Positions 24,835 through 26,961 of a stretch of 26,961 bases of DNA are shown here, piece after piece (position 1 is the first letter of the stretch; every line of letters begins with the position of its first letter). The notes beneath the pieces are model-generated. The model did not search any database. It was not told the origin of the DNA and saw only the letters and a program-made list of their open reading frames with translations. The translations under genes and the position numbers were made by a program. Where the stretch lies: the NCBI GenBank assembly GCA_022709505.1, contig JAKLIR010000003.1:1-26961 (forward strand), read 5' to 3'. The stretch is from a bacterium (GTDB taxonomy: Bacteria > UBP15 > UBA6099).

Positions 24835-26955
24835 ATGTCAGGCGTGATTTTTTATCTGTGCGTTTTCGCAATTATATTAATACTTTTCATTGTCTCGGCC
24901 AGCACATTCATAAAACTCGTTGGAGGCGGAGAGATCGCGGTGCTCGAACGTCGCTGGCTCGGCAAAAAGATGCCGAGCGGACGAGTGATAGCGATGGCGA
25001 ACGAGGTCGGCGTGCAGGCGCGCACCCTCGGCCCCGGACTCCACGTGCTGATTCCGTTCCTTTATAAAGTCCGCAAAGAACCGTTCACCGTCATAGGCGA
25101 GCAGGAAGTCGGCATACTCGAATCTATCGACGGCAATCCGATCCCGCCCGGAAAAATCTTCGCGAAAGTCGCACCGAACCACAACGCATTTCAGGACAGC
25201 GAAGCGTTTCTGAAAAACGGAGGAGAAAAAGGGCCGCAGATCGAGATCCTGCCGCCCGGAACATACCGCATCAACCCCGCGTTGTTCAAGGTCCGCAACG
25301 AACCGCAAATCATGATCGAAAAGGGCCAGATTGGAATCGTGACCGCGATGGACGGCGAGCCGATAGTACTCGGCCGTCTGCTTGCGAAACAGGTTCCGGG
25401 TCACTCCAATTTCGAGGACGCGGAAGCGTTCCTCGCCAACAAGGGCCAAAAAGGGCCTCAGATACAGATTCTGCTGCCCGGGACATACAGAATCAACACG
25501 GACATGTTTCATGTCGAGATACGAAATGCATCCATCGTGCCTGCGGGCAAAGTGGGGCTCGTGAGCGCGCTCGACGGCGAGCCGTTGCCTGAAAGAGAGT
25601 ACGTGGCGAAATCCGTCTCCGGCCATTCGGACTATCAGGACGCCTCCAAGTTCCTCGAAACAGGAGGGCAACGCGGTCCTCAATTCGACGTACTGCGCCC
25701 CGGCACGTATTATATCAATCCACTCATGTTCCAGCTCGAACTGGACGACGTGGCGACTGTGGAGCGCGGGCAAGTCGCCGTGGTGGTCTCGAACGTTGGC
25801 GAGGAACCGGAACAGATAAAGAAGCTGATGGAACAGACCGCGGAGGAAGAGACGAAAAAAGGAGAGGCGACAAAAGGAGAGGCGACAAACATCGAATCCC
25901 CCCAAGAGGTCGAAAAACGGCTCTCGGTCGGAATTGAACGATACGTTGTGCCGAAAGGTTTTAGAGGCATCCAGCGCGAAGTCGCCGGACCCGGCATCTA
26001 CTACCTCAACCGCCGCGCATTCATCGTTTACATCATCGACACCACTAATATCACGATCGACTGGGACGACGCCAAAGAAACGAAGTTCGACCCTCTCAAA
26101 GTCGTCTCCCGCGACGGATTCGAAATCAGCGTATCCGTGAAAGTAATCATCCGTGTCCGCCCGGATCAAGCACCCTACATGGTCGCGAAAATCGGCTCTA
26201 TCGACAATCTCATCAACCATGTAATCCACCCCATGATAGATTCGAGCTTCCGCAATCAAGCTTCCTCGACCTCCGCCATGAATTTTCTTCAAGACAGACA
26301 GGAGGAACAGCGCAAAGCGGAGGATCGCGCGCGCAACGAACTGGAAAAATATCACGTCGAGTGCGTGTCGGTGCTGATCTGCCAGATCAAGCTCCCGCAA
26401 CAGCTCATGGACACACAGACGATGAAAATAATCGCCCAGCAGCAGCAAGCCATGTATCAGGAACAGCAGAAGGCCGAGCAGACCCGTATCGCGACCGAAA
26501 AGACCCGTTCCGAAGCCGACCAGCAGAAGAACCTCGTCGAGGCCGAGATCGGCGTGAAGATCGCCGAACAGAACAAGCAGAAAGCCATCCGGTTCGCCGA
26601 GGGCGAGGCGGAAAGCATCCGGCTACGGGCCGAAGGAGATGCGAAAGGGATAAAAGCCCGCGGCGACGCTGAAGGCGCACGCATACTCGCCATGGGCGAA
26701 GCCACGGCGAAAGCCTACGACCTTCAGAATCAGGCGGTCGGCCGACAAGGCGTCACCGCCATCGAAATATCGAAACAGATAGCGGCCGGGAACATCAAAG
26801 TCACGCCGGACTTCCTCGTGCAGGGCGGCTCGGAAAACATAGGCGGCCTTCTCGCGGCGTTTCTGACAAACATGATCACCGGCGGCTCAAAAACCGCGCC
26901 GGGCTCTAAGGACGAAAACTTATCGGCGACGGCTGCCCCTCCCGCGAAAACATAA
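24835..26955 (+). CDS. Flotillin/SPFH (band 7) family membrane protein with repeat-expanded N-terminal region and C-terminal coiled coil
   Basis: 706 aa. N-terminal TM (VIFYLCVFAIILILFIVSA). SPFH core (LKVVSRDGFEISVSVKVIIRVRPDQAPYMV ... HVECVSVLICQIKLPQQL). Flotillin-like coiled coil with a Glu/Ala/Gln/Lys-rich tail. Strong SD. Confidence 0.8.
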   Translation: MSGVIFYLCVFAIILILFIVSASTFIKLVGGGEIAVLERRWLGKKMPSGRVIAMANEVGVQARTLGPGLHVLIPFLYKVRKEPFTVIGEQEVGILESIDGNPIPPGKIFAKVAPNHNAFQDSEAFLKNGGEKGPQIEILPPGTYRINPALFKVRNEPQIMIEKGQIGIVTAMDGEPIVLGRLLAKQVPGHSNFEDAEAFLANKGQKGPQIQILLPGTYRINTDMFHVEIRNASIVPAGKVGLVSALDGEPLPEREYVAKSVSGHSDYQDASKFLETGGQRGPQFDVLRPGTYYINPLMFQLELDDVATVERGQVAVVVSNVGEEPEQIKKLMEQTAEEETKKGEATKGEATNIESPQEVEKRLSVGIERYVVPKGFRGIQREVAGPGIYYLNRRAFIVYIIDTTNITIDWDDAKETKFDPLKVVSRDGFEISVSVKVIIRVRPDQAPYMVAKIGSIDNLINHVIHPMIDSSFRNQASSTSAMNFLQDRQEEQRKAEDRARNELEKYHVECVSVLICQIKLPQQLMDTQTMKIIAQQQQAMYQEQQKAEQTRIATEKTRSEADQQKNLVEAEIGVKIAEQNKQKAIRFAEGEAESIRLRAEGDAKGIKARGDAEGARILAMGEATAKAYDLQNQAVGRQGVTAIEISKQIAAGNIKVTPDFLVQGGSENIGGLLAAFLTNMITGGSKTAPGSKDENLSATAAPPAKT
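25108..25773 (+). repeat. Three in-frame tandem repeats of exactly 222 bp (74 aa) inside the flotillin gene, with degenerate flanking copies
   Basis: R1 25108-25329, R2 25330-25551, R3 25552-25773. Each encodes [VI]G[IL]V..xDG.P......AK.V.GH..[FY]QD[AS]EAFL..GG..GPQ...L.PGTY.IN...F.[VL]. They are divergent at DNA level (about 55-60% identity). Confidence 0.7.
25858..25887 (+). repeat. Perfect 15-bp direct tandem duplication (aaaggagaggcgaca x2) encoding KGEAT-KGEAT
   Basis: Read directly in the linker of the flotillin gene. Confidence 0.8.
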
Positions 26956-26961
26956 CACACG

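Noticed and set aside
24877-26448. 523-aa ORF on the minus strand, antisense to the flotillin gene
   Set aside because: It is entirely nested antisense to a gene with clear SPFH/flotillin homology, strong SD and terminator context. Its composition is low-complexity and Arg/Asp/His-rich, typical of antisense frames in GC-rich DNA. It has no SD and no recognisable domain.
1-26961. CRISPR arrays, tRNA/rRNA genes, transposases/integrases, prophage or defence-island signatures
   Set aside because: No regularly spaced direct repeats, no tRNA-like T-arm/acceptor signatures, no IS-like terminal inverted repeats or recombinase ORFs. addAB is the housekeeping recombination pair (Fe-S AddB plus UvrD/RecB AddA, separated by 1 nt), not a novel helicase-nuclease defence module.

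Overview
This 26,961-bp window looks like ordinary bacterial chromosome, roughly 55-58% GC, with strong AGGAGG-type ribosome-binding sites and standard genetic code (TGA, TAA and TAG all used as stops). I found no rRNA, tRNA, CRISPR array, transposase or integrase. Coding density is high, and the many short Arg-rich ORFs on the six-frame track are antisense artefacts of the GC-rich DNA.

Gene order:
- (i) Minus strand, <1..4622: one uninterrupted ORF of at least 1540 codons. It encodes a signal-peptide-bearing GH38 (alpha-mannosidase)-like glycoside hydrolase with extra carbohydrate-binding-type domains. It is missing from the ORF track only because it runs off the window edge.
- (ii) Minus strand, 4739..9812: a tightly packed amino-sugar/glycan catabolic cluster. 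It holds a PfkB-family sugar kinase, a tandem-SIS sugar-phosphate isomerase/deaminase, NagA (GlcNAc-6-P deacetylase) and a GlpA/GlpD-like FAD oxidoreductase.
- (iii) Minus strand, 9849..11465: a GAF-GAF-HD-GYP (c-di-GMP phosphodiesterase-type) regulator, followed by a hairpin plus U-tract terminator.
- (iv) Plus strand, 11616..18633: an addB-addA helicase-nuclease operon. AddB (1155 aa) has the Fe-S Cys cluster and RecB nuclease motif. AddA (1182 aa) has UvrD motifs I-VI and a RecB nuclease. The two genes are separated by 1 nt.
- (v) Convergent acyltransferase-3 membrane protein (358 aa). Its conserved N-terminus continues upstream, past an in-frame TGA.
- (vi) Thiolase (395 aa).
- (vii) A membrane-anchored Cys-rich FGE/SUMF1-like domain protein with an apparent leaderless promoter, and a small secreted TolB-N/CsgG-like protein.
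- (viii) dapA, with rho-independent terminators flanking an unexplained noncoding gap of about 490 bp.
- (ix) A 706-aa flotillin/SPFH protein whose N-terminal SPFH beta-hairpin segment is expanded into three exact 74-aa (222-bp) tandem repeats.

I could not recognise a novel multi-gene system such as a defence island. The most unusual items are the repeat-expanded flotillin, the interrupted acyltransferase, the leaderless promoters, and the degenerate kinase with a GlpD-like oxidoreductase in a sugar operon.
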